From the NCBI GenBank assembly GCA_964057225.1, contig OZ059895.1:18042001-18106000 (forward strand): DNA of 64,000 bases. The letters are read 5' to 3'. Under the pieces are notes generated by a model. That model was not told the DNA's origin. It did not search any database and saw nothing but the letters and a program-made list of their open reading frames with translations. Made by a program: the position numbers and the translations under genes. Each line of letters opens with the position of its first letter. The first letter of the stretch is position 1. The DNA comes from Auanema rhodensis (Eukaryota; Animalia; Nematoda). Positions 41,199 through 54,000 of this stretch are shown here, piece by piece.

Positions 41199-42324
41199 TA
41201 TTTGGTCCTTCACCAATAATTTAGCAATCCGGCTCAGGCTTTAAGCATAATTTAGAAGCCTTTTCTTGTTATTAAAACTTGAATTAACTTGTATATAGTT
41301 AATATGCATTACATGTCTTGTTTTAATAACTGTAATATAATATTAATGTTATTATGAAACAGTTTAAATATATTTATATATAAATATTTTAAAAAATTTT
41401 TTATTAATCTTATTGGTACGCCCATGGTTGCTGCAGTTTGAAGGCGGCGTTCTACTGACATAGGCGAGTAAACACAAATATTCCCAGGAAGGAACATATA
41501 TGTATAATATGTATAATATAAAATAAATCTGAGAGACAAATAACAAGTAAAAGAGAAAAAACATAATGTGCAATGAAGGGTTTTGCGCTCGAATGAGAGG
41601 AAATTGGAAAGAAGAACAGGAGTGAAGGGGGGAATATAGTATCTAGAGCTGACTTATGAGCGACGTATCATATACATATATCTATATAGTATAATGTATA
41701 TATATATATATATATATCTAGAAAAAAACAAATTGATTATACTTAGAGCTAAATAAGGAATAACGTCAGCAGCTATATCAAACTCAACTCTGGACTGTCT
41801 TGTCTGCTGATAAAAGTCCTAGAGAAATACAGAATTTAAAAAATTTTGTCTGGCTATAACTACCTCTTATGTAAAAAAGGGCTAGCGATACACCGGTAAG
41901 GAGAAAATAGCTCAATTGAGTCGAGAAAAGGGGAAACATTGGTGTAAAATTAGAAAAGAAAAAACTTTGTAATGGTATTTACATACATTTTTACTTAGGA
42001 AACATAATTAATAGATGAGGCAATCGGGATTAAGCCAAGCAGGGACCGTTCCCAAAAGAAATTATAAGATCTCATTACCGAAGCAAAGCATGAAATGCAA
42101 AAATGTAACTGTGAGAAGAAAAGTTGGAGGGGGAGGGAGAAAAAAAAGAAATAAATGGTTCAAAGAGGCAGCATTCGGAAAAGATGAAAAGACAACGAAC
42201 GCAGAGAAAAATATAATGGACTTCGATTCATGTAATGTCTTTCCAGGCATTCTCTTTTGAAGAAATTTAAAAGCAGACTAGAGCAGCGTGACCATCTTGG
42301 CCTGTTGTGGCTCGTTGGTTGAGC

Positions 42325-44161
42325 TTATTGTACAGTGCAACAACCGCAACGCTTCCTTTTCACATGTACCAGCTCCACTTTGCCCGCAGGTGGTAAGTCG
42401 TCCGTGTAGTCGTTGGAAAGCCTAAACAGTAAAGTTAAAATTTTGAAACAATAAAGTTTGTTGATAGAGAAAGAGAAGTGGTAGGGACAATCGTGGAGTA
42501 AATCGTGAAGGTAACAGGTGTTCGAAATAGTTTAGAATAGTTCAAATTTTGAATTAGTTTTGCTACATAGATTACAAAAGAGGTTGCCTGTTTTTGTGTA
42601 ACTAAACTATTTAAAAAATGCTAAATGGTGACGTGAGTGCAACGAGCTTTGGAATAAGGTTATATGCTTTTAGTATTTTGTGGGAAAATTGCGAAAGTTA
42701 GTGGAGGCATACAGTTTTTTCAGAAAATATTTTTGTGAAAATAAGGTAAACGTGGTGTCGGTAAGGAGAGAACGAAACAGAACTGTAGCATGATTGGACT
42801 AGACTAGAGTAGTTAGTAAAATCTAATTATATTTTCTATTAAAGCAGCATTAACTGATTTATTACTTAGAAGCATTTTCTTTGAAATATTTTGAGCATAT
42901 TAAAACGTTTCAAAAAATAATATTTGCTCTTTCAAATATTTCAAAAGAAGAATCTAATTAATATACTAGCGTGTACTGATCTAGCTACTGTTCTATCGCC
43001 CATCTATGTCTAAAAGAATAGATTGAACAGCAAACCTGGCTGCTGGCAGCCTGACGGATCCTTTAAAAGACCCAAGTAAATAAAATTAGTTTTTTTTTTG
43101 TAAAAATATTTTAATTATTAAAATTTTAGTTATTTTTCATAATTATTAACTAAAACTAACTGAAAATTGCTAAGGAAAAAATTGTAATCTGCTCGCACTC
43201 GCGTTCAAAACGTTACAATTAATAATAATTTAAGTTAAAAAAACATAAAAGTGCAAAGCAAACTTGGTGATCACACATGACAACTATATAAATATTAAAA
43301 TATATATTTATAAATTTTATATAATCTATGTAGTTAAACTTACTGAGCATCTGGTGATTGTTGTCGATAGCTGTCATGGGCAACTACGGGTTCAGGGGTG
43401 GCATGCTTTTCGCTTGGAAGAAGCTGTTCTTTTGATAAACCATTTTTTAAATAAGCCTTTTCACTGAAACATTTGAAAAATTGAAGAGCCAGACGTAAGT
43501 AGCTGATACCTTTCGGTGTTTGGTTGTTTAACTGGAGTTCCTTGAGCACTGCCAGGCCTACTGGGAGGAAAGGGCTTATGAAGATATTGCTCTACGATAG
43601 GATCAACCTCGTGGTATAAGTTTTCTTCCGGTCGGAATGGATTTTCATGTTCGGCCATTTTTCTGAAATTGTAATATATCAATGTTCAGTCAACACAGGA
43701 AAGCCACATACTTTGTTGGGAGAGGTGGACTAATTGTGCCTCCTCGACGGAATTCGTCAATTTCAACAATCTGTGTTGGTGGTGGAATAGGATTAGGTGA
43801 TCCGGGCTGAACAGTATCAGTAGTTATGGTCACCACGTTGACCGGAGCGTCAGGGCTGAAAAATAGAAAATGAATAATGCGGTTATAAGTGGTAATATAT
43901 GCACACATAGTAAAATTCAAAATATGTAATTTGAGATGAATGAATGAATATCGTAGAAGATAAGAGCTAGATGAGAGTAAGTTGATTTTGCACTTTAATG
44001 ACCTGGTTAAGAGACTAATTGAAATTTTTTTTACTTTTCAACACTATGTACTAAAACATGTTTAAAGATAATGGTCCGATATGACGGTGTGCAGCTGGTC
44101 ACTGGCACAATTCAATTAGTTTTCAAGACACATATGCATATAGTCGACAAGTTCATTTAGT

Positions 44162-44217
<56 letters not shown>

Positions 44218-47200
44218 CGAGAGAAGAAGGAGGAATAAAGATGGGAAAACAGAGGATGAGTAGCAATGACAAGGCAAGTGATTGAAAAGAATCGAGTAAT
44301 GAGACAGAAGACAGGCATTCCTTATATCGCTCTAAATGGTTCAGCTGTGTATAACTGTGCTCTCGAGGGAAATTTCATTCCTCACTTTGCCATCTCAAGG
44401 AATGCAATAATCAAATGGAAGATAAAAGAGAAAAAGTTTGCAAAGATAGAGGAAGAGAGAGGAGAGATCAGTAAAAGGACATGTGTTGTGATTTCAAAGC
44501 TTGAAACACAAATGACAACTAGATACTTGTTAGGAACTCAGTTAAAACAACAAGTAAACTTTCAAAATCGATGAATGTGTATGAAACGAGGGCTAGAATA
44601 TGACACAGGAGCTAAAAGACTTACTATGCATGTGTTAGCTCACTTGATCTTGTGCAGTTTGTCTGTCACTCCTTCTTTTTTACGACAAGAAGATTTGTCT
44701 CTTTCTTTCTCTCTCATACTTTGTTTGTTTCTCTCATTCTCTCTATTCTCTATATACTATTATGCACAACTCTTTTCGTATGCTGGTTTAGCCTTCAAAC
44801 TAGGGCAAATTGGTCAAGAAAAAAAAGAACATGAATATAGATGTAATTATCGGCACCTGGTACACGTGAAAGAAAGTAATTATAGGACAGACGAGATATA
44901 CTCCAAAGAAGAAGGTTAAATAATGCTCTAAGGATATAACTAGCTTTCAAACATTTGGACATCGACTAAACTCTCAACAAAAACTTTTTTGTTCTCTAAA
45001 GTGATAGAATATTCAAAATCTATTTAAGTACAGCCGAAAAAAATGAAAAGAAAATGGAAAAAAATGAGAGGAAGACGAGTTTGTTGAACAACCGCTCTAC
45101 ACGACAGCTGGAATACGAAATGGAATTTGCTGTATAAAGCAACTGGAGTATACATGCTATACGTGAACTTTACGCCAAAGTACACGTAAATGAGAAAAAC
45201 ATTTATGAAGTATACCAGAATAATGACGTCAAATAGATCCAAGTTATACAAGAATATAATGGAGAGACATGTGGTATGATCTGATGAGCTATTGAGGACG
45301 GTAATCAGTCGTTAATCGAAGAGATGAAGCTCAATACAAACATGAGAAGGGGAGAGCAATGTATAGCAGTCAATAGCATTTCATAAAAGGATAAATGAAG
45401 CGCAATAAACAACATTTCTTCTATTTCAAGACAATGTAAAGCTAATTAGTAATAGCTTTATGAATAGCATTCACATTATTCAAAATTCTATATGAAGATA
45501 CATATATGTGTATTTACTAGCTTAAACCTTAAGTTATACTGAATTCCATCAAGCCATGAGGTTGATTATGGTGTGTTCGAATCATAAAAGTGAAATAGGT
45601 AAATCTATTGGAATTTGAATGTAGTAGTTAAACTTTTCGTATCTTCATGCAGCTATTTGGTAGAATTATGTAGCATTACTGAACAACATAACAGATTGCC
45701 TGGAGGACATAAATGAATTGAACAGATTTACTTCTAAATTCTACAAACTCTTAGGCTCTCTCTCTCTTCTTATATAAGCACAATATCATTGCTCTATCTC
45801 TCTCGTTCTCTCGAATTTCTCTCACTCTTCTCTCTGTTCGCTGTGTCTCTCTCTTTCAGCTCTCCATATCGTTTCATCTGATTCTGATCGTCTTTTCAAT
45901 GCTCTTCATTTCTGCTTCCTTCTTTCAATCGAGATAACATCTCATCATAGATGACCAAGACAGAAATGCCCATGCCTTCAAGGGTCAAGTCTACATATGT
46001 ATATATATGAATGAATTAGAAGAATTCTATTGCTTTATAGCATTATATCACTAATGTTCACATAGAATACTACAAAGCAATCATGAAAAAGTAAGAGCAA
46101 TAAGTTGAATAGCAAAAGATTCAAAACGAAAAAGTTCAGCAAAAGTTTTAGATCATATAAAGAACATTAATCTGATATATTACATAATTATTCATTCTTT
46201 CTTATAATTTCGTTCTCTTCTCAATCCATATCTTTGCAATTCTATAATGGAATACCAAAAAATACTTCAACGATGGAAGAGGATGGCAGTAACTTGAATT
46301 TGGTTATTTATCCCTGAAGGCATATTCCGGTTGATAGGCAAGATCATAGGACATATACGCAGATGAAGTACTGAGATGTGATGAACAGACGAACTGCAGT
46401 AAAACTTAGCAAATTGAAAAGGCTCTGCTAACTTATGACGTTGACGAAAACGTTGCTATGAATGAGTATGATATGACACTGAAAACGGAAGAAAACGAAA
46501 AAGTGTTCGATGCTCAATAATCATTAGAACCATGCGTATATATGGGTGTGCCTGAATATGCTTGTTACTTGGTCTTTCAGCAAGAAGCTTCCAAAAGTTG
46601 ATGCTTCTCTGCTCGTTTTCGGTAAAAGAAAATTCGATTTTCAAATAGAAAAATGGAAGCCGAAGTATGAGAAGTTAATTGAGAAAGCTAACAGAAAGTT
46701 AAGTAAATATGGTAGGAGGAAAAAATAAGAAATGATGATCTAAAATCAGTTTATTTTCATGTTTTTTTCGTATGTTTTGTCATCAAAGACCGTGATTATT
46801 TTTGAGTAGTCGATACGCGACGGCTTACATTATTGGAAGACAGTTCTGCCACATTGAGTATCAGAAGCAAGTTCATCAGTATATATTTGATGGCGAAAAG
46901 AAACATTGAAAAAACAAGTTTATCAAAAGAAAATACTTTTTTGAATGATGAATGATTGTGAAAATGACAAAAGGATACACAGAGAGCAAATTCATTGAGC
47001 AGCTTTTTTTTCGTGAGAAGAGAAATCGAGAGAAAATGAACAATTCTTCTAATGGACATGTAAGCCAAAAAGCCAGGAACAAAACGATGATAGCTATCTA
47101 CTGTAGCTAAAGACAGAGAAAAAAGAACATGGGGCATGAAAGAAGGAGAAACGAAAATGAGAGAAAGAGATAGAGAGAGAGAGAATGAAACAATTGCGGT

Positions 47201-50200
47201 AAGAGAGCCAGAGATGGAAAAGAAAGACAAAAAAAATGCGTTTCACCACGAAAGAATCATGAAATGAATTCGTCTAAAATGAACCTGATGAAGCTCTAAA
47301 GCCCAATTGAAGTAAAAGACAGATGGCCGATGAAATAGTTAGCAGCTTGAGGACACTGTTTCATCAAATTTATTAGTCCGTCTTTATTCGTTTTTTAAAG
47401 ATATTTAAAACGAGAGAATATTGAAAAGACATCTTAGGTAGTAAAACATGTACAAATATCATCTGAATTATAGTGAGCTGGTTAGGTAATGATCTTAGGC
47501 TTAGCCTGAAATCTTATGCTAGTTGCAACATTCATACCTTATATTGCTAAATCTCTACAATCGACTCATGCATGTACAATCTCAGATATCCCTCCCTCCT
47601 TCTATCTACCTTTGTTATTGTCACTTTTCTTTCTCTTCACTTCTCCTCCTCTTTTTCTCTCTCTCTCCCTTTCTCTCTCTTTCTCACTTTCTTTAATTCT
47701 GTCGTCTAAATGACTTTTTGCCTTACTTAGCTATGTATAGCTAAGTACTGAGAATATATGGGAACTTCACACAATCTCAATGAGAACTGTGTAAGATAGC
47801 CTATATTACGATGAGTCAGAAACGCATAGAAATGCAATATAAACAAACAAAAGGATTTAATGCGCATACATGCTTAACCATAATGAACTTTCAAACTTTT
47901 TACCAAACTAAATAGTTTACAAAACTAAAAATTAATTTCATTATTATTCTAACATCTCGGATTTGAGACTAAAAAATTCAGTTGTAGACACGTAAACATA
48001 AGCAATTTGGTTTTTGTTTTTAGAAAAATAATTATTATTTGATGAGAAATAAGACTAAAAAGGGTTTGTCAGTACATCGAGGAGCTGCTGCAGTTACTAC
48101 AATCGTTCATTGGCAGCAATATGCGGATCATATTTAAATTTATTTTTATGAGAATTATTGGAAAGCATATGTGAAGGGGCCTAACACATAATATCTGTAT
48201 GGAAATTTTGAAACAAGAATTGGAAATTTAACTATTTTAATAGTAAAAAAATGTGTATAACTGTAAAATATTTAGTTTGTGAAAAAAGAAAAAGCAAATA
48301 TGGTTGGTTCGCAAAAAATAAAATTCTCCAAAAAAAACTAGTTCATATAGAAATTTTTTCTTAACGTTAGAAAATATGTTAAATATAATTAAAATCTTGA
48401 GAGGGAGAGAGAGAGAGAGAGAGTGAGAAAAATGTAAGGAAAGAATTAGAGAGAAAAAGATAGATATAGCAATAGATAAAGAAATTATATCATTAAATAC
48501 TTTGTTTCAAATATGGAAAAAACAAGAAATAAATTAACAGAAAAATAGAAAATAACAGATTGATGAATGTAATTAGATATGACGAAAAAACAAATGAAAA
48601 ATAAAGAAAATAGAAAGATAAGCTAAATGAAGAGATGAAGCTTCTCCGAAAAAAACGGGATGACGGAAAAAGGCAAAGACGCCAAAGACCTCCATACTGA
48701 CTACTCTCGCTCTCTTTCCCGCTCTGCTTCTCTTTGACTCTCATCCAATTCATTGCTCTATATATCCCTTTACCCTTTCACTACTTCACCCATCTTGCTC
48801 TCTCCTTCCCTCTCTTCTCTCACTCTCTAACTCTCTCCCTCTTCACAACCTCTTTTTAGACGCATGATAGTTATTGTGAACCATATAGACCATGATGCTC
48901 CACCACAATTGCCATATGTGGTCAGCCCCCAAACTAAGGGCATTGTCCTAGAGAGGGAGAGAGAGAGAGAGAAAGAGAGGTTAGGGACGAAGAGAAGTAT
49001 AAGGGATACATAGGGAAGATCAGGGACATGAGGTCGCCATGGATGGAGCTAGCATTTCCCCTACGGCACTTTCTCTACCAAACTCGTAAACCTAAAAGGA
49101 TGGAGAAAAATGAAGAGAATGGGACGTTGAGAAGTGCAACAGGGTAATCTTCCCAAAAAATCTGAAATCTACATAAGAGAAGATATTTTAAAAGGAAGCC
49201 GAATCAATGTGCTTTAGGGAAAGAGACAAAAAAGGAGAAGGAAAGAGGAGGATGACAGCAAATAGGAATAATTAGAGGGAAAAACACCACAAGCATGGTA
49301 GTTGATTCAGCTTGAAAACCGCGGAAATCAACCGATTACTATAACCGGAGCATCAAGCAAACAGAGCGATTGAATATAATTCTGTGAAGTGATGCAGTTC
49401 CCGCCTCTTCTGCTCTTGTTAAATCATATTAAATATATAAATTTTTACATATATTTATATATAAAAATTATACAAATTATCAAAGCTATTCAATCTAGAT
49501 AGAAAGAAAGAGGGAGAAGACAGAGGGTGACTGGGATAAAGGGTGTAGGTATTGATTTTAGGCCAACTGCTACTTCTTCGTCTTCTTCGTCATCTTCTGG
49601 GACTGAACATGGGCTAGCTGTTGGCTATTTGAAGCTTCTGCTTCTTATTCATAGTTTCTCTTGTCTACACTAGCACCCCATTTTCTCTTTTTGTCTCTAT
49701 TTCTCGTCTTGTTTCTATGCATGCTCTCCATCTCTTTTTTCCTCTTTTTCATTTCCCTTTTGGTCCATGTTCTTGCTGAAACCCCAAAGACCCTGTCCTT
49801 TTAATGACAACGAACCCAAGCCGATTGAACAATAGTTGCTCATGCTTCTCAGTTACAAGTAGCCGGAGTGAGTGAGGCTTCTCGAGATTAAGCTTAAGTA
49901 ATCGAGTAGCCAAAAAAGACCAGAGAAGTCGTCATTTCTGTTTTATTTCGACGAGCGGAGTATTCCTTCTCTCACTAGTTCCAAACCCCAAGGATATTCT
50001 TCACTAGTTAATCTATAAATGGCATCAAAGAATATTTTAGATGCTTGTAAATGGTCTTAAACCGAATTTGGGCAATTACCAGCAGGTGAATGAAATGATC
50101 ATGAAATGTCAATATAATATATCCATGAGCAAGATTGAAGAATAGCTATTGAAAGGTAACTAATAAGGAGTCATTTTCTGAATTCCATTTTCGAGGTCAA

Positions 50201-51039
50201 CCTGATTTGGCTATAAGGTAGTTAAACGAGAAAGTGAGAGCGAGACAGAGAGAGATAGAGAGAGGGATATCTAGAAAGTGCCCGGAAAAAAGGAAAAGAG
50301 TGGGGGGAGTAATAGAAAAATATCCTTATAGGATAATAGATATTACTATAGAAGTATATTATATAATAAAAATTAATTATATGAACTTGAGGATATACTG
50401 TATATCGTCATATATTGAATATAAACCACTATAACTATTATTGATTATACAGTTATTTTGTCATATTTATTATTTTCAAATAAACTATTCAGAATCTTAT
50501 ATACGTATATGTATATTTCATGTAATTTGGAATAGACATGGCAGAAAAGAGGAAAAATGCACTGTGATTTTGAGTCAATATTGTGAACATGCAGCATCTA
50601 ATGATCACAATCAAATATTTGTTCATATTTAGTACCAAACTGTCAAATAAAAGCTGTCTAAATGTTAGTTTATGCCAGAAATTGTTGTCCTGCCCTTTGA
50701 GCGTGTAATATAAATGGAAAAAATGCTTGAATGGGAGAGGAAAAACAGTTGAAAGGGATTATTGTACAAGCTTGAAGTCAAAGGAAGCAGAGATGCATGG
50801 GATGCTGACTAGGAATATTTTGTCAATGGTTGACAGATGATGAGAGATACGGATATGGATAGTATGGTTGGGGAAATGGAGGAGTTTAATGATTTTAGAT
50901 GAAAGACAGGTGTCAAGATGCCATGTTCATGCAGTATGTATAGGATGAAGCAATTGACTTTACTCTGGAAATTTTAGGTGAATAGCTGATGAATCTTTAA
51001 TATTGAACATCTGTAAATTGAATGCTCAAATCATAAGGA

Positions 51040-51072
<33 letters not shown>

Positions 51073-54000
51073 TCAAAAAGTATCGAAAATAAAAACGGTT
51101 TTTGACCAAAAAGCATGAAAAGCACAAAGGTTGTGGAAGGCGAGAGAGTTATAAAGAGAACGAAAGCTTTGGAGAAGAGAGGGGTGGATTCGGGAGTAGA
51201 GGATGAGAACCAATGAAGCTGAATATATTTCGAATTTGGGGGTAAAAGCAAAGGAAAAAATTATCGTAGATAAAGGCTGCTGGGGTGAGAGAATGAAGGA
51301 TGCCTCTCTATCTGTTTTTATTGCTCTCAATCGAAAAGGTAAGAGCTATGAGTGGAATAGAATAGCTTGTTAAAACATGATTGTATTATTGAAAAACCTG
51401 TTTTCTTTTCATCCTTCTCATCATTTGACAAGTTGGCATATTGTTGTCTTCTTGAAAAAATGATTGCGAAAGGGAGCACGGGACCGAGAAATGATTGAAG
51501 AGCTTAGAGTCTGACTCGTTTCTTTATAGACGACTTGCAGCTTATAACGTTCTCTTAGAATGACGAATGTTAATTTTTAGATGCTCCAGATGCTACTGTT
51601 GTGATGGTGATGGCGGTTCTGGTGAATGTGTCAGCTTTCAGAATAGCCATTGCTGTACGTTCAGTGAGGGATGTGTCGGATGACAGGAGACAGAGACATT
51701 GAATGGATGAAGAGAACCGTACGTGTGTGCTGGCAGATGGCACACGACACAGGATGAAGCATATATGATATTGCCTATTATAGTTGATGGATGTTAGATC
51801 TTGTTAGAACCGACCAGATCTGATAAGGAAGTGATTCAATACGAAAAGATGGGGTTGGCTTACGCAGAATGAACTTCCGATGACACAAAGGTTAAGAATG
51901 TCTGTTATATGAAAAAGGCCAACACAGAGCTGGCGACGGAATCGATGACCACAAATTGGTCATGATGCCCTCGGGGTCCAGCTGCCCGCAACGCATTTAA
52001 TGACATTGGCCTCAGCTTGAAACTCTCTTTGATGGGTGGACTTGCCTTCCATCAAGAAAAACGAAATTCGGTGTAGCTATTAGCTTAAGAAATTTTGACC
52101 AATGAGCTTAGAAAAGAATTCTAATAAGATGGGAATGGTGCTCATTTTCCGGATGATACTCTTTGAAATTGTTGAGTAGTTTTATGAAAGATCAACAACA
52201 AAGCAGATTTTTACACGTGCTTTGAAGTTAATGTTTGAACTTTGAGTCATTAAAGAATTGAAACTTGAAGATTTGTCTGGAGCCCTAGCGATAAGAGTTG
52301 TCGAAACAGTTCAGCTGTTCAGAAAAAGATCACACAGTTTACAGAAACACGTAGAAGTGTCAAGTGCACAATGATCACTGAGAATCTATTGAAGTATCAT
52401 AAAGCTTCAAGGAAGTATTAGCAACTGTCTTTGGTGGTAGAAGAAAGAAGATATATAAGGAGAGAAAGAACCAATGAATTGACTCTTCAAGAACATGATT
52501 TTGCAACTTATTTCTTGGCATTCGTGCTTGTATATACGTCTATATGTGTGTGGCATCGGCTATGTGAAAGAGGAATCAAAGCTAAACTCTGTAAGCAAGT
52601 TTAAGAAAGCAATGTGTTGGTACTAGTAAAGAAAGAAAGAAAAAGAAGAAATACGAAGAGAGAGATTTTTGGAGGGGGGGGGGGGTTGGGGTTCAAGCAA
52701 CATCTCCACCCACATGGCATAGCATTCTCCCAATGGAATAGCTAAATTTTCTAAAATACACATACATACATGCGCACACAGATATACACAACTGTTTAGT
52801 GCAGAGAGCTTGAAGTTGATCAAATTACGAAACTTTGATGTTTGTAGTAAACCAAATTTGATGGTTGTTGCTGTTTTTCTTGACACGTACATCGACGTGA
52901 TGTTTTGGAGAATCTGTATTTATGTCTGACATTTCAATTGTTTGAGCTTAGTTAGATGACTTATGAGCTCAAAAATATTTGAATGTAATTCTTCACAAGT
53001 TGCTATGAAAAATCTCTTCCTAGTTTGACGTGAAAATGCATCTGACAAGTGCTTCAAGATTACATCCACAAACCGTGAGTTCAGGAATATTGGTCAGATT
53101 CGAAATGAATTCTAGTTTGAGAAATGTTTTCACTGTTTGATATTAAAAAAGTCACAGAAGTTTGAAGTTGCAACATCATCCAATAACGTGATGAAATTTC
53201 AAAACATCACGCCATTAGATTATCTCTTGTTGTGCTTTTGTTTGCCTCTGCCATTTAGAAAAAACTGCTCAAAATGTTTCAAATCTGACAGAAAAAACAT
53301 CAAACAAATGTGTTTTTACAGTGCGGATAAACAGGAAATACATTGTGATGAGTTTCAAAATCAGCTACATACATGCTAACGTCATCATTCTTATGCTGAC
53401 AACCGAATCCATTGAGGATACAGTAAACTTTATACAATAGATGAAATAACGAAACAACTAAAGCTGAATCAACATCAGTATATAAGTCTGATGATATGGC
53501 AAGTAGTGTATTGAAAAACAGCTTGATTGAATCTAGGCTTGTAATATTATGTATCCTCAGAAGCGCCCCTATCGTTTGATTCTCTCTGACTGTAGTAGTA
53601 TTATTAGTTTGAAGCTTGTGATTCAGAGTTCTATCGCTTTGAGCATAAATGATTTTTGATCGATTTGCGATCACTCTCAACCTTTTTTCTCTTATTTTCT
53701 CATTATTTCCGCAAAAATGCTAAGGCGGATGGGACAACTTGCCCGTTGAATACAAGGACAGAATACGAGTTTTGCACCAAACCAACAACTGTCATATTTG
53801 AAAGGAGAAAAGTAAAGAGAAAATGGCAAAAAAGATAGCGATAGATTAACAGAGAGAACGAGAGACAGACAGAATAACATTCTAAGACAAGGTATATAGA
53901 GAGTAACAGAAGATGGACTAGAACGACGATAGACTGAGAAGAAATCCAAGTTGAATCCAGTGTAATGAAAGACAGTCACACAGCTAGCTAACAGCCGTCC

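Noticed and set aside
42190-42324. Open frame past the CaaX gene stop (readthrough?)
   Set aside because: TAA-G is a poor readthrough context and the extension looks like UTR.
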